A stretch of DNA of 51,629 nt from an uncultured Verrucomicrobiota bacterium (GTDB lineage: Bacteria; Verrucomicrobiota; Verrucomicrobiia; Limisphaerales; AAA164-E04), in assembly GCA_964415055.1 (NCBI GenBank), contig CAYPZD010000020.1, forward strand, positions 1 to 51,629, read 5' to 3'. Under the pieces are notes generated by a model, which worked only from the letters and a program-made list of their open reading frames with translations, was not told the origin of the DNA and did no database searches. Every line of letters begins with the position of its first letter. The stretch's first letter is position 1. The translations under genes were made by a program, and so were the position numbers. Positions 28,046 to 39,300 of this stretch are shown in pieces.

Positions 28046-29449
28046 ATGACCCAAATGAATGATAACAGTGTGAGGCGTCCTGGTGTTTTATCAGGATGGC
28101 TGTCGGGGGCTCCCGAATTTGTTTTTGTCCTTTTTGCCGTAGTGGCTGCTTTCAGCACGTACTTTTGCATGTATGCGTTTCGAAAGCCTTTTACAGCGGC
28201 GACGTTCGATGGGCTGACTTTTTTCGGAACAGATGTGACGCTTAAGACCGCTTTGGTGATTAGTCAGATCCTGGGATATGCGATCAGCAAGTATGTGGGA
28301 ATCAAAGTTTGCTCTGAAATCAACCCTGCAGCTCGAGCCAAGGCATTGATTGGATTGATTCTGGTGGCTGAGTTTTCTTTGCTTTTGTTTGGGCTCGCTC
28401 CCGTGCAGTGGAAGTTTGCCGCGATCTTTTTCAATGGTTTGCCTTTGGGGATGGTCTGGGGACTGGTGGTCTGGTATCTGGAAGGGCGGCGTACTTCGGA
28501 GATTCTTTTGGCGGGTCTGAGTTGTTCGTTTATTGTCTCCAGCGGTATTGTCAAAGACATAGGCAGGGCGATGATGAGCGGTTCGATTGCCGATTTGTGG
28601 AATCATCTTCCTGTCCTGGGGCCCATGATTGCCCGGTTGATGGGTGAAGTGAGCGAAGGTTGGATGCCGGCTGTGGTTGGATTGCATTTCCTGCCCTTGT
28701 TCTTTCTTTCCGTTTGGATGCTGAATCAGTTGCCACCCCAGAGCTCAAAAGACATGGCGGCCAAAACCGAGCGAAAACCTATGGACGGTCGAAAACGGGT
28801 TTCGTTTGTGAAACACTTCCTTCCCGGGTTGCTCTTTCTGATGGTGGCTTACTTCTTCCTCACCGCGTATCGTGATTTCCGGGACAATTACATGGTCGAG
28901 ATTCTCGACGGGCTTGGCTTCAATTACGATGACAATCAAACCATCATTTCCCGAACCGAAACGTTGGTGGCATTTGGTGTCATAGTGGCCATGGCATTGC
29001 TGAATACCATCCGGCACAATCGGGCCGGTTTGGTTGCCGCGTATGCGGTCATGACCGGAGGGGTGGTCCTGTTGGGACTTAGTACGCTACTGCTGGAAAT
29101 GAACGTTATCAACGGATTCTGGTGGATGACCTTGACCGGGCTGGGATCCTACCTTGCTTATGTTCCTTACGGATCTTTGTTGTTTGATCGAATGATGGCT
29201 TCCACACGGGTTGTGGGGACGGCGGTGTTTGCCATTTATGTCGCGGATGCCATTGGTTACACGGGATCGGTCGGGATCCAGTTATACAAGGACCTGGCTC
29301 AAAGCGACATGTCCAGGCTCGGATTCTTTAAGGGATTTACCTGGTTTATGGCTGCATTGGGCACGGTTTGCCTGGTGAGCAGCTGTATTTATTTTGTCCG
29401 AAAATCTTCGGCTGCAGTATTGGAAGATGCGGCAAAAGATGAGGTTTGA
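28046..29449 (+). CDS. DUF5690 family MFS-like membrane protein
   Basis: About 12 TM segments; AAFSTYFCMYAFRKPF, NGLPLGMVWG..YLEGRR, RDFRDN, YVPY..LFDR, AD..GYTGS. Confidence 0.85.
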   Translation: MTQMNDNSVRRPGVLSGWLSGAPEFVFVLFAVVAAFSTYFCMYAFRKPFTAATFDGLTFFGTDVTLKTALVISQILGYAISKYVGIKVCSEINPAARAKALIGLILVAEFSLLLFGLAPVQWKFAAIFFNGLPLGMVWGLVVWYLEGRRTSEILLAGLSCSFIVSSGIVKDIGRAMMSGSIADLWNHLPVLGPMIARLMGEVSEGWMPAVVGLHFLPLFFLSVWMLNQLPPQSSKDMAAKTERKPMDGRKRVSFVKHFLPGLLFLMVAYFFLTAYRDFRDNYMVEILDGLGFNYDDNQTIISRTETLVAFGVIVAMALLNTIRHNRAGLVAAYAVMTGGVVLLGLSTLLLEMNVINGFWWMTLTGLGSYLAYVPYGSLLFDRMMASTRVVGTAVFAIYVADAIGYTGSVGIQLYKDLAQSDMSRLGFFKGFTWFMAALGTVCLVSSCIYFVRKSSAAVLEDAAKDEV

Positions 29450-32400
29450 TCGGATAAAGAGATATAGATGGAAAACAGGCTCCCTTTGCCGGGAGAGGAA
29501 GTGACACTCAAGCCAGCTCCCATTTCCCTGGCCATTTCATAGACCATCGACAGCCCCAATCCTGTTCCCCGGCGAGAGGAAAAGGCTTTGGTCGTATAGA
29601 ATGGTTCGAATATTCGGCTGACGATTTCATGTGAAATACCAACGCCGGAATCCTGAATGCGAAGGACGGCGAAGGGTGCTTCATTCTTTGGTTTCAAGGC
29701 GACATGCCCGGAGAATTCCCTGGTTTCTTCCAGACGTATCAGGATGCAACCTTCAGTCTCCATGGAATCCATGGCGTTGTTGATGAGGTTGATTAAAATT
29801 TGGCGTATCAGATCAGGCACGATGGTCACTTTGCCAATACTCGGGTTATCCAAAAATTCGATGCGATGACCGGTTGTATTTTCTTCAGTCAATTGAATGG
29901 CTTCCCGCGTGATGCGGTTGAGGTCATGTGGCTGGGATGGTTCGTTTTTTCTTCGCACATAGCCCAGCATGGAACGGACGATGCCTGCCCCCTGATCGAT
30001 GACGGAATGGATGCGATCCACGCGTTTCCTGACCTTTTCCGCATTGGTGGAATTGGCTTCGATGATTTGAACCGATCCTTTGATGATGGACAAAATACTG
30101 TTGAAATCATGTGCGATACCGGACGCGAGAGTACCCAGAGCTTTCATCTTCTGATCCTGCAACAGCTCATGGTTGGCACGTTCCAGTTCCCGGGTTCTGA
30201 TGGCGACGATGCGCTCCACTTCGGCGTAGCTTCGTTTGAGTTGGAGGTGACGGTTGACCGCAAATCCCGCCAGCAATACCGTCACGACAATCGCTCCGAT
30301 CGTCATGCCCATGAGTCTGGGGTCATCATGCCACGGGATGATGAAATCAAACCGGAATTCAGGGGGAGCCGTTTCGATGTTCCCGTTGCGGTCTATGGCT
30401 TTGACTTCCACACGGTGGGGGCCGGCGGGCAAATCCGAAAGAACGACCCAGTTGGTATGAGAAAAAGGTTTCCAGGGCTCGCTGTCTTTGCGATAGGAAA
30501 ACAGAAGGCGTGAGGGTGTGGTGTGTTCCCATCTGTCCTGCCCGTCGAAATGAATGATCGTTCCGTTGCGGAACCCCTTGTTGTTGATTGTTTCATCCAC
30601 ACGAATGTCCGTGACCGGTGCATCTCGGTCAAATTGTGGATTGTATTGGCAGATGCCTCGTGTGGTGGCTGCCAGGATGATACCTGCTGCATTTTCGTGG
30701 AGTTTGTAGATGGTGTTGCTGGAAAGTCCTTCCTGAATACTGTGACTGAGCCACGTTTCCTTCATGTACCTGTGAACCCCATTGTTGGTCGCCACCCATA
30801 CGGTGCCATCCCTCGCTTCCAGCATGTCGTTGATTTTTTCATAAGTGACGTGGACACTTTCCCATCGGTTGCCTTTGAGTTCGTATACATGGGATCCGGC
30901 GCCCAACCACAATCGACCATCTCGTAATTCGAGCAATTGACCGGGTGTGTCAAATCCCAGGCCTTCATCAGGATCAAATTGAATCCATTGATTGCGCTTT
31001 GTGTAAGCGATGCCGTGATTGGATCCGAACCATATTTCATCTGCTGAAACCAGTTCGGATGCCCATAGGAAATCGGTACCCGATTGGTCCGGGGGCAACG
31101 GGATCTCGGATGGGGTCAATTGCTCATTCAGATAGTTCCAGAAAATCGGAGTGTCAGAGGATGCTGAGGTGGCCCATAACAAAAGGGATCCGTTGTTTTG
31201 TATTGTAAGGACACGTTGAATGGCCAGGTCCGGGTTTTCCGATGCAATCGGCGTGAATTGCCTGGTCTTCGGATCGTATATGCGTGGGTTCCTGCCAATG
31301 TTCAAAGCAATTTTGCCGTTGTTCAGCAGGAAGAGTCCTTTGCCGGGCGTGAAGATGTTTTCCATGTGCTGGGGCCAGGGAATGCCTGTCCGCTGCATCG
31401 CTGAATCGTAGTGAACCAGTTCGTTTTCGGTGATCATCCATAGTCCGCCCGCTTCATCTCCCACCATATCAAAGACCGTTGATTCCTCCAGCTCGGGCAA
31501 TATGGTTTTCCAATAGGAAGGGGATTGGCGTACCAGTCCTTCACTCGTAGCGATCCACGCGCTTCCTTTGCCGTCGGTGACCACATCGAAGAATTGTCCT
31601 GCTTCAACGTCATTTGATGAGGTGGTCTGCCCTGAATGAACGTCGATTTGATAGATCCCCGTGTAGGTTGTTCCCCAGCCATCTCCGGCGTCATGTTCCC
31701 AATAGGTGCGTAAAACAACTTCCTGTGGAACAGCCGTCCAGGACCATTGTTTTCCATCATACTTTACGGCCAGACGGGGTTTGTTGGCAGATTCCCCGAC
31801 GAAAGTCATCACTTCCCCCGGATTCTCCAATGGACTGCCCAGGCGATAATCCCTGATGGAGTCGGGCAGGTGAATGGTCTCAGGTTCGGTATCTTCCATT
31901 TCCTTGGCAGGACCTTTGTAACGAATGAATCCGCCGGTTCCGGAGATCAGGACATCTCCCTGGCTTAATTCGATCATTTCAGCAAATGCGCTGAGGCCAT
32001 TCAATTTCAGGTCGATGATCTTGTTTTCCCGTGAATCGGTGGCGTTGAAGAGGTGAACGGCGTCATTGGCCAGGAATAGACATTGATTGATTTGCAGTGG
32101 AATCAGGCTGACTGGATGATGGAGCTGATCCACGACTCCTGTGTAAGCCCTGTTGATGGCTGGAATGGGATAACTTTTCCAGTGGTTCTTGGACCATAAA
32201 CGAATGCCTCGTGCATACACGGTCCACAATTGTGCGGAGCGACTCTCGTAAACACGTTTGGCCGATCCATCAGGCACGGCCTGGCTGGAGATGTCATAAC
32301 CGGTCAGTTCCGTGATGGTGTTCGCTTCCAGATGGCGAATCCAAACCCTGTCTCGCGGGCTGATTGTCACGCCTGCCGGCCCGGCACTGGGCAGGCCGTC

Positions 32401-32475
32401 TGACATACGGTAGTGGGTCCATCGCGATGATTCAGCCGCATTCAGGCCCGACAGACACATCCAGCCCCACAACAC
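29389..32475 (-). CDS. Sensor histidine kinase with periplasmic beta-propeller (Reg_prop) and Y_Y_Y domains
   Basis: DGLPS and WIATSEGL repeats, FSYRKD..LPAGPH..EVKAID, TM, H-box GIAHDFN, N-box NLINNAMD, DSGVGI, FEPFYTTK, GTGLGL; no receiver domain. Start uncertain. Confidence 0.92.
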   Translation of the reverse strand: MLWGWMCLSGLNAAESSRWTHYRMSDGLPSAGPAGVTISPRDRVWIRHLEANTITELTGYDISSQAVPDGSAKRVYESRSAQLWTVYARGIRLWSKNHWKSYPIPAINRAYTGVVDQLHHPVSLIPLQINQCLFLANDAVHLFNATDSRENKIIDLKLNGLSAFAEMIELSQGDVLISGTGGFIRYKGPAKEMEDTEPETIHLPDSIRDYRLGSPLENPGEVMTFVGESANKPRLAVKYDGKQWSWTAVPQEVVLRTYWEHDAGDGWGTTYTGIYQIDVHSGQTTSSNDVEAGQFFDVVTDGKGSAWIATSEGLVRQSPSYWKTILPELEESTVFDMVGDEAGGLWMITENELVHYDSAMQRTGIPWPQHMENIFTPGKGLFLLNNGKIALNIGRNPRIYDPKTRQFTPIASENPDLAIQRVLTIQNNGSLLLWATSASSDTPIFWNYLNEQLTPSEIPLPPDQSGTDFLWASELVSADEIWFGSNHGIAYTKRNQWIQFDPDEGLGFDTPGQLLELRDGRLWLGAGSHVYELKGNRWESVHVTYEKINDMLEARDGTVWVATNNGVHRYMKETWLSHSIQEGLSSNTIYKLHENAAGIILAATTRGICQYNPQFDRDAPVTDIRVDETINNKGFRNGTIIHFDGQDRWEHTTPSRLLFSYRKDSEPWKPFSHTNWVVLSDLPAGPHRVEVKAIDRNGNIETAPPEFRFDFIIPWHDDPRLMGMTIGAIVVTVLLAGFAVNRHLQLKRSYAEVERIVAIRTRELERANHELLQDQKMKALGTLASGIAHDFNSILSIIKGSVQIIEANSTNAEKVRKRVDRIHSVIDQGAGIVRSMLGYVRRKNEPSQPHDLNRITREAIQLTEENTTGHRIEFLDNPSIGKVTIVPDLIRQILINLINNAMDSMETEGCILIRLEETREFSGHVALKPKNEAPFAVLRIQDSGVGISHEIVSRIFEPFYTTKAFSSRRGTGLGLSMVYEMAREMGAGLSVTSSPGKGSLFSIYISLSDQTSSFAASSNTAAEDFRTK

Positions 32476-32633
32476 GATACCGCCCAGGCCTGTCCGTGCA
32501 CGGGTGAGTTTGACCGGCCGGAGAAGCTTTGTCAGGAGCTGTTGCGTGATTGGGTTCAGGGTTTTCGTGATTCAAAAAATCGCGCAAAACCCCGAGTCTT
32601 GCAATGCCTTTTTGATGTGGAGGATTCGGGTCC

Positions 32634-34055
32634 TCAGCCCCAGGGAAGTGAAAATGTTTTCACGGTGGTCATGCATTTGATGGCTTCGATGACTCCTTCC
32701 TTGATCCCAAGTCCTGAATCTTTGATGCCGCCGAAAGGAGAACACTCGATGCGGTAACCTGGAACCTCGTTGATGTTGACCGTTCCGCATTTCAGCTCCC
32801 GCACTGCTTTCAAAGCCTGCTCCATGTTGTTGGTGACCACTCCGGAGGAAAGTCCATAAGGTGTCGAATTGGTCAACTGAATGGCGTCATCCATGTCGTC
32901 CACTGCCAGCAATGGAGCCAGCGGGCCAAACGACTCGCTGGTCACCATCTCGGCATCGCGAGGGACATCGGTGATGACTGTCGGTTCCAGCAGTGCTCCC
33001 TTGCGCCCGCCACCGAGAAGCACTTTTGCGCCTTGAGCCACGGCATTTTCCACCGCCTGTGACAAGCGTTCAGCAGAAGGCTCATCGATCACCGTTCCGA
33101 CGCGTGTGTCCATGGAACCGGGATCCCCGGATGTGTATCTGGCGGCTTTTTTGACAAATGCCTCGGTAAACGCGTCCAGGATGGATCTTTGAACCAGGAT
33201 GCGTTTGACGGCGGTGCAGCGTTGTCCCGAGTTGCGGAAGGCTCCTTCACAAGCCAGATGCACGGCTAGTTCCATATCCGCATCTTCCAGAATGATGAGT
33301 GGGTCATTGCCCCCCAGTTCCAGAACGAGTTTCTTGTATCCGGCGGTTTTGGCGATGTGTTTTCCAACGGCCACACTGCCGGTGAAACTGACGAGTTCCA
33401 CCCGTTCATCCAGGACAAGGGGTTCGGCCACTGCCTGAGTCGGGCCCAACAACACGCTCAACATTTCGCCTGGAAGCCCGTTGTCGTACAAGAGTTCCGC
33501 CAGCCGGATGGCGCTTAGGGGAGTTTTTTCCGATGGTTTAAGAATGATCGGGGTTCCTGCTGCGATGGCGGGCCCCAATTTGTGAGCGACCTGGTTGAGC
33601 GGGTGATTGAAAGGGGTAATCGCGACCGCGAGGTTTAACGGTTCTCTCAGAGTAAAGATTTTTCGAGCCTTGCCCTGTGGTGATACGTCGCAACTGAACA
33701 CTTGCCCATCATCCTTGAGCGCTTCCATGGCTGAAAACTGAAGCACATCACACGCGCGTCCCACTTCGTAGAGCGTTTCCCGCAGACACAAACCGGCTTC
33801 GGAGGTGATCAGTTTTGCAAAGGATTCTTTCTCGGCCAGGAGCGCTCTTCTGGTTTTGTCCAGGATTTCGAATCGTTCGTAGCGCGTCAATCGAGAGCCC
33901 AATCCCAAAGCTTTCTCGATGGCCTGTTGTGTGTGGACGGCTGAGCATTCTGTGACTTGGGCGATGAGTTCGTTGTTGTATGGATTGTATACATCGACGT
34001 ATCGGTCGCTTTGAATCGCCTGGCCGGCCAGGTAACTGTGATGAATGGATGCCAT
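32634..34055 (-). CDS. phnY: Phosphonoacetaldehyde dehydrogenase
   Basis: ALDH motifs ITPFNHPLNQVAHK, FTGS, LELGGND, NSGQRCTAVKR, PFGGIKDSGLG.KEG; adjacent to phnA. Confidence 0.9.
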   Translation of the reverse strand: MASIHHSYLAGQAIQSDRYVDVYNPYNNELIAQVTECSAVHTQQAIEKALGLGSRLTRYERFEILDKTRRALLAEKESFAKLITSEAGLCLRETLYEVGRACDVLQFSAMEALKDDGQVFSCDVSPQGKARKIFTLREPLNLAVAITPFNHPLNQVAHKLGPAIAAGTPIILKPSEKTPLSAIRLAELLYDNGLPGEMLSVLLGPTQAVAEPLVLDERVELVSFTGSVAVGKHIAKTAGYKKLVLELGGNDPLIILEDADMELAVHLACEGAFRNSGQRCTAVKRILVQRSILDAFTEAFVKKAARYTSGDPGSMDTRVGTVIDEPSAERLSQAVENAVAQGAKVLLGGGRKGALLEPTVITDVPRDAEMVTSESFGPLAPLLAVDDMDDAIQLTNSTPYGLSSGVVTNNMEQALKAVRELKCGTVNINEVPGYRIECSPFGGIKDSGLGIKEGVIEAIKCMTTVKTFSLPWG

Positions 34056-34088
34056 GTCTGTTTAATGGATGTGTGTTCGAAGAAAGGC

Positions 34089-35336
34089 TTATTGCAAACC
34101 GTTGATGGTATAGTCGAAGATTTCGAAATTACGCGGATCACCCAGCAGTCTGGTCTGGTAATCGCTTTTGAGCGGGTGCGAAAAGACAAAGGGCACGATC
34201 TCTTCATAGCGGCCACCATGTGAGCGTAATCCAACTTTGAGTGCGCTCAGATCGTGATGAGCCGGGGTGCGTCCAAGAACGACATCCCGTCCGCTCATGA
34301 CCACCAGATCACCCATGCGATCTTCGGGCAGCTCCAGTTTTTGAGCTGCCAGGCTTTTATCTAGGACTTCGGTGACTCCTTCCTGTTGATGGCACCATTC
34401 GGCAACTTGATCGATGTTGCATTCTTTGGGGCAATGCACAACCGCAAAGGAACCCAGGGCGCCATGGTGGACGACATACGGATCGGTGATGGGCAGGATG
34501 ACGGTGAAACCGTCTCCGAATGTTTCCTTCAAAGCGGTTTCGAGATAAATGACATTGGGGGATCCATCCGGCTTTTGTTTGGCGTTCATGCCATGATCCG
34601 CCGTGATGCCGACTCGCGCGCCCAATGCCAGTAATTCGCCGATGGCGTTGTCCAGTTGACGGTAAAACTCGATGGATTCGGGCATCTCCGGTTCGTAGGT
34701 GTGCTGCATGTAGTCGGTGGTGGACAAATAGAGGAAATCAGAGCGACCTGATCGGAGCAGGGCCACGCCTGCTTCGAGAACATAAACACTGGCTTCACCG
34801 CTGTAAATATGTGGAGTGGGTTTCCCGACCATGTCCTCCACATCATCAATGCCGTGTTTTTCCAGGGTGGCTTGGTTGGCTTTTTCACTTGAGAAGGCGA
34901 TACCATCCAGTTGGTGGGCAAAAATGTCTCTCAATTTTTCTTTGGCGGTCACCACGCCGACTTTTCTCCCGGCTTTGGAAGCCGCAGACATGATGGTGGG
35001 GGCCCGCAGGAAGGAAGCGGAATTCATCATGACTTCTTCTCCGGTGTCCGGATTCAAAAAATAATTGCCACAGATACCATGGCAGGCCGGGGGGCTGCCG
35101 GTGACGATGGAGGCGTTGTTGACATTGGTGAAGGAAGGCAAGGCACCTCGGGCCTGCGCCCGATGCCCTTCGACACTGATCCGTTTCAGGTTGGGCATGG
35201 CGTCCCGGGCCAGGGCTGCGTCCAGATAGGCATCGGCCGATCCATCCAGACAAATGACCGCAATCGGGTGTGGAGGAACGTTGTAGTTGATGTCATTTAC
35301 CTGGAATGTCGCCGACTTTGGAGCTGTCGTATTCAT
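34089..35336 (-). CDS. phnA: Phosphonoacetate hydrolase
   Basis: VICLDG, PSFTNVNN, VTAKEKLR, YLSTTDYMQH, TADHGMN, LPITDPYVVHHGALGS, LRSHGG; start reassigned to ATG 35336. Confidence 0.95.
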   Translation of the reverse strand: MNTTAPKSATFQVNDINYNVPPHPIAVICLDGSADAYLDAALARDAMPNLKRISVEGHRAQARGALPSFTNVNNASIVTGSPPACHGICGNYFLNPDTGEEVMMNSASFLRAPTIMSAASKAGRKVGVVTAKEKLRDIFAHQLDGIAFSSEKANQATLEKHGIDDVEDMVGKPTPHIYSGEASVYVLEAGVALLRSGRSDFLYLSTTDYMQHTYEPEMPESIEFYRQLDNAIGELLALGARVGITADHGMNAKQKPDGSPNVIYLETALKETFGDGFTVILPITDPYVVHHGALGSFAVVHCPKECNIDQVAEWCHQQEGVTEVLDKSLAAQKLELPEDRMGDLVVMSGRDVVLGRTPAHHDLSALKVGLRSHGGRYEEIVPFVFSHPLKSDYQTRLLGDPRNFEIFDYTINGLQ

Positions 35337-35428
35337 GTGTGTCCAGACTAGGGGGATCAGGTTCCACAAGGCAATTGGTTTTCAGCCTTGGCTTGAATTT
35401 TTTTGGTTTGAGGTCATTTTGGAAGCAT

Positions 35429-36361
35429 ATGCGCAGCGTTTTGGTGACAGGAGGCGCCGGATTTATCGGGTCCAATCTGGTTTTGGAACTTCAGACCCGT
35501 CATCCGGAAGCCTGGATTGTGGTGGTTGATGATTTTCGATCCGGTCATTTCAGTAATTTGGAAGGATTTCGCGGGGACTGTATTGCGACGAATATGGCGG
35601 AACTGGACCTCTCAAAGCGGTTCCGTGACGGCGCATTTGATGCGATTTTTCATTTGGCCTCCATCACTGACACGACAGATCACGATCAGAAGCGTCAGGT
35701 GCACGACAACGTCGAAGGTTTCCGGAACATTTTAGACTGGGCATCGCATGATCAAACCCCGGTTGTTTATGCTTCATCGGCTGCTACTTATGGGAAGGCG
35801 CAATCAGTCATGACCGAGGAGACTGAGGCTTCACCTCAGAACGTGTACGCGTTCAGTAAAGTTCAATTGGACAATCTTGCCAGGTATTATCACCAGCAAC
35901 ATCCTGCCTGGAAGATCGTCGGGCTTCGTTACTTTAATGTCTTTGGACCTCGAGAAGCCCACAAAAGACATGCATCGAGTATGATCTATCAGTTGTTTCA
36001 GCAGATGAAGGCGGGTAAACGGCCTCGCATTTTTACCGATGGAGAGCAACGGCGTGATTTTGTCTATGTCAAAGATGTGGTGGAGGCCACAATTTTGTCT
36101 CTGATGGCACCGGATGCACGGATTTATAATGTGGGATCAGGGGAGTCTGCATCGTTTAACCAGATGGTTGCCGCCCTGAATCGTTCATTAGGGACTCAAC
36201 TGGAGGCGGAATACTTCGAGAATCCATATCCTTTTTACCAGAATTTTACCCAGGCGGACATTTCACTCGCTCAAAAAGAATTGAACTATCAACCCGCTTT
36301 CAATCTAGACCGGGGAATCTCAGATTATGTAGACTGGCTTCAAAAGGAGACTTCCTCTTAA
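35429..36361 (+). CDS. hldD: ADP-L-glycero-D-manno-heptose 6-epimerase (extended SDR)
   Basis: VTGGAGFIGSNL, YASSAATYG, YAFSK, GLRYFNVFGPREAHK...ASM, RDFVYVKD; start at ATG 35429. Confidence 0.88.
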   Translation: MRSVLVTGGAGFIGSNLVLELQTRHPEAWIVVVDDFRSGHFSNLEGFRGDCIATNMAELDLSKRFRDGAFDAIFHLASITDTTDHDQKRQVHDNVEGFRNILDWASHDQTPVVYASSAATYGKAQSVMTEETEASPQNVYAFSKVQLDNLARYYHQQHPAWKIVGLRYFNVFGPREAHKRHASSMIYQLFQQMKAGKRPRIFTDGEQRRDFVYVKDVVEATILSLMAPDARIYNVGSGESASFNQMVAALNRSLGTQLEAEYFENPYPFYQNFTQADISLAQKELNYQPAFNLDRGISDYVDWLQKETSS

Positions 36362-36382
36362 CGATTTGTAAACGTACTCAGT

Positions 36383-39300
36383 ATGACTGATCCCGCTCAA
36401 CATACCTCTCAAACCGGTGGCACTGATGATGCAGATGCCACTAAGATGAATCCATGGCCCAAACGCGCAGCGATCGGCGGTGGCATCGGCGTGGTAATTC
36501 TATTCCTCGCCTACATGGCCATAGGCAGTTCGTTCTTCGTTCGATCCGTCGTGCTGCCCATTGTGGAAAAATCAATGATGGCCAAGGTCAGCGTTGGTGG
36601 GGTTTCCTTTAGCCCTTTTTCGGGTATTGAACTTCAGGATCTGGATTTTTCACCCGCCGATCAGGAAACGATGGTGTCGGCAAAACGCGCATCGGTTCAA
36701 TACAGTCTGGGTGACATCATCGGGGGAACGATCAAATTGAACCAGCTTCATCTGGAAAACCCCACTGTTACGATCATCGAACGCGAGGACGGCAGCAGCA
36801 ATCTGACCGATTGGCTGAACAGTCTGCCGCCCAGTCCGGACGCACCCCTTCCGATCATGGACCTCAATGATCTGGATGTGGCGAATGGAACGATTGTCTA
36901 TCGGAAAATGGATTCCAGTCAGGCAGGGAGCCAAGTGGAAGTAGCCTTGTCAAAAGCGCATGTCTCCAGGATTGGGCAGGATCTTTCGGGAAACATCAAC
37001 CTGGAGAGCTTGATTCGGATGGTGAAACTCAATGGTGATTCGAATGATCAGGAAGAGCTTCTCTCGACTCAAATCGCACTGAAAGGTGATTTGGATTTAA
37101 ACGATGTGATGTTTCCGAAGAATTCATCCCTGTCTGGATCGATGACAGTGCAATCCACTTCACCGGCATATGCGGACTTGAAGGGGGTTGGCGGGGCGAT
37201 TTCTTTGTCTGTTCAGCCTGATTCCATTGAGGATGTCTCCATTCATTTCTCAAAGGATGGACAATCGGCTGGCAGTATTGAACTTTCGGGGCCGATGAAT
37301 TTCAACACCTTGGAAGGGGATCTTCAACTTGCGCTCAGCGGGTTGAACCGTCAGTTCCTGAATTTGGCCGGTGCCATCGTGGGATTGGATTTTGGGGAGA
37401 CGATTGTTGACGGGACATTGTCCTGCGTATTGACAAAGGGAGCAAGCCAGGTGGCTATCAGCTCTGTGACCACAGCCAAGGATTTTTCAGTGGCTATGGA
37501 TGGGATCGCTCTGCCTGCGATGGACATGGGGTTGAAGGTGGTTGCACGTTATGATGCGGAGCAGGAGTCCTTGCTCATCCGGGAATGGAACGTCAATGCC
37601 TCCAATGATGCCAAGACATGGCTGGAAGGATCCATCGACAAACCAGTTACTCTGTCATGGGGACTCAATCGGCAGAATTTCCAGGATTCGAAATTTCAAC
37701 TAAGCATCAAGCAGATGGACCTGGTTCCCTGGAGTTCGGTTCTGGGAGGCGTTTTGCAGCAGGGAGAATTGAACGGGGAATTGGATGTGGCTTTCCTCCA
37801 GCAAGGGAAACGCATCCAGGCAAGCGTTCAAAGTGAAGTCTCCAAGGCAAACTTCGTCGTGAGTGAACAGACACTGAATGACCAGCGCATCCAATTTGAA
37901 GCCGGTTTGACGATCCAGGATTTTACCCGACTCTTGGTGAATCATGGAAATATGGAGTGGACCAACGGTTCAGGAGACGTATTGGCTTCTGTTTACAGTT
38001 CTGGGGGCTACCAGCTCGATAAGCCGGGATTGCAATTCCAGGTGGATGCCACCGGTAACCTTCCCTTGTTGGGTTCGATGCTGCCTGTCGAGGGTATGTT
38101 GATTGAAAAGGGGGAAGGGAAATTGGCGGCTCGGATTCAACAGAAGGAGAACGGGTGGTCGGGTCATGTTCAAACGGCCTTATCAGGTTATACCGGCAGT
38201 TTTGCGGGTGTTCCATTTCAGCAGTATTCGCTTGAACTTGGCACGGATGGCAACTTGCAGGGTGAAACATTTCGACTTGGCGACACTCAGATAGCATTCA
38301 AAGAAGGCTATGATTTAGGAGGCTCCATCGGCGTGAGTGGTGAACTCGATCTGTCGGCCATGAAGGGCTCGTTCAAAATCCAATCCTCCGGTCTCAACCG
38401 GTATGCCTTACAACCAATGCTCGGGACAAACACAGGTGAGGGGCCTTTCAAAGATGTCAAATTGAATCTGGAAGGAGCGCTGGATTTGGATTATTCAGCC
38501 GAAAGTTCCTTCCAGGGGAAGGTTGATATCACCGACCTTCAGTATGAAGATACCGCAACCGAAACCACCCAGAAACTCATGACCGAATTAGGGTGGGATC
38601 TCGGCTGGACCGCAGAGAAACTTGATATTCGAAATGGAACCTTGAGATTATCCCCGACTGCGAAGGCCGGGAATATTGTAAAGGTATCCGGACACTTGCC
38701 ATTGCAGCCAGGTCTGGCGTCAAAAGGTGCCTTGAAAGTCAGTTCTGCATCCTTGGATTTGACTCCATACATGGATCTGTTGATGGCGCAAACGGAAACA
38801 AGCACGGAATCACCGGCTTCCGATACTCAGGAGAAGGAAGAGCCCGCAACCCCCACGCCCCCACCAACTGGCGAACCCAAGCCTCTGGAAGTGCCACTGG
38901 GCGAGTTCGACGCGCATGTGGATATCGGAAAGCTTTTCGCCCGCGAGCTATCCGTTCAGGATTTTAAGGGAAGGATGCTTTGGCAGACCAACACCCTTCA
39001 TCTGGAGCCTCTGTCCATGCAGGTGAATGATGGTACTGTAAAAGCTTCGCTACATATGGATTTCACCCAGCCTGACTGGGGTTATCGGATGAACTTTGAT
39101 GCCCAGAATGTCCCGGTTCAGGCAATCACTGATACGCTTGACCCCGCCAATAAAGGAAAAGTCAGTGGTTTGGTTTTAGCCTCAGGGGACTGGTCTGGTG
39201 CAGGCCTGACGGAACCCGCGCTGCAGCGCAATTTAAGCGGTACGATGTCGATGCAATACAAAGACGCGAACATCGAACTGGTCAGTCCCACCATCCGTTT

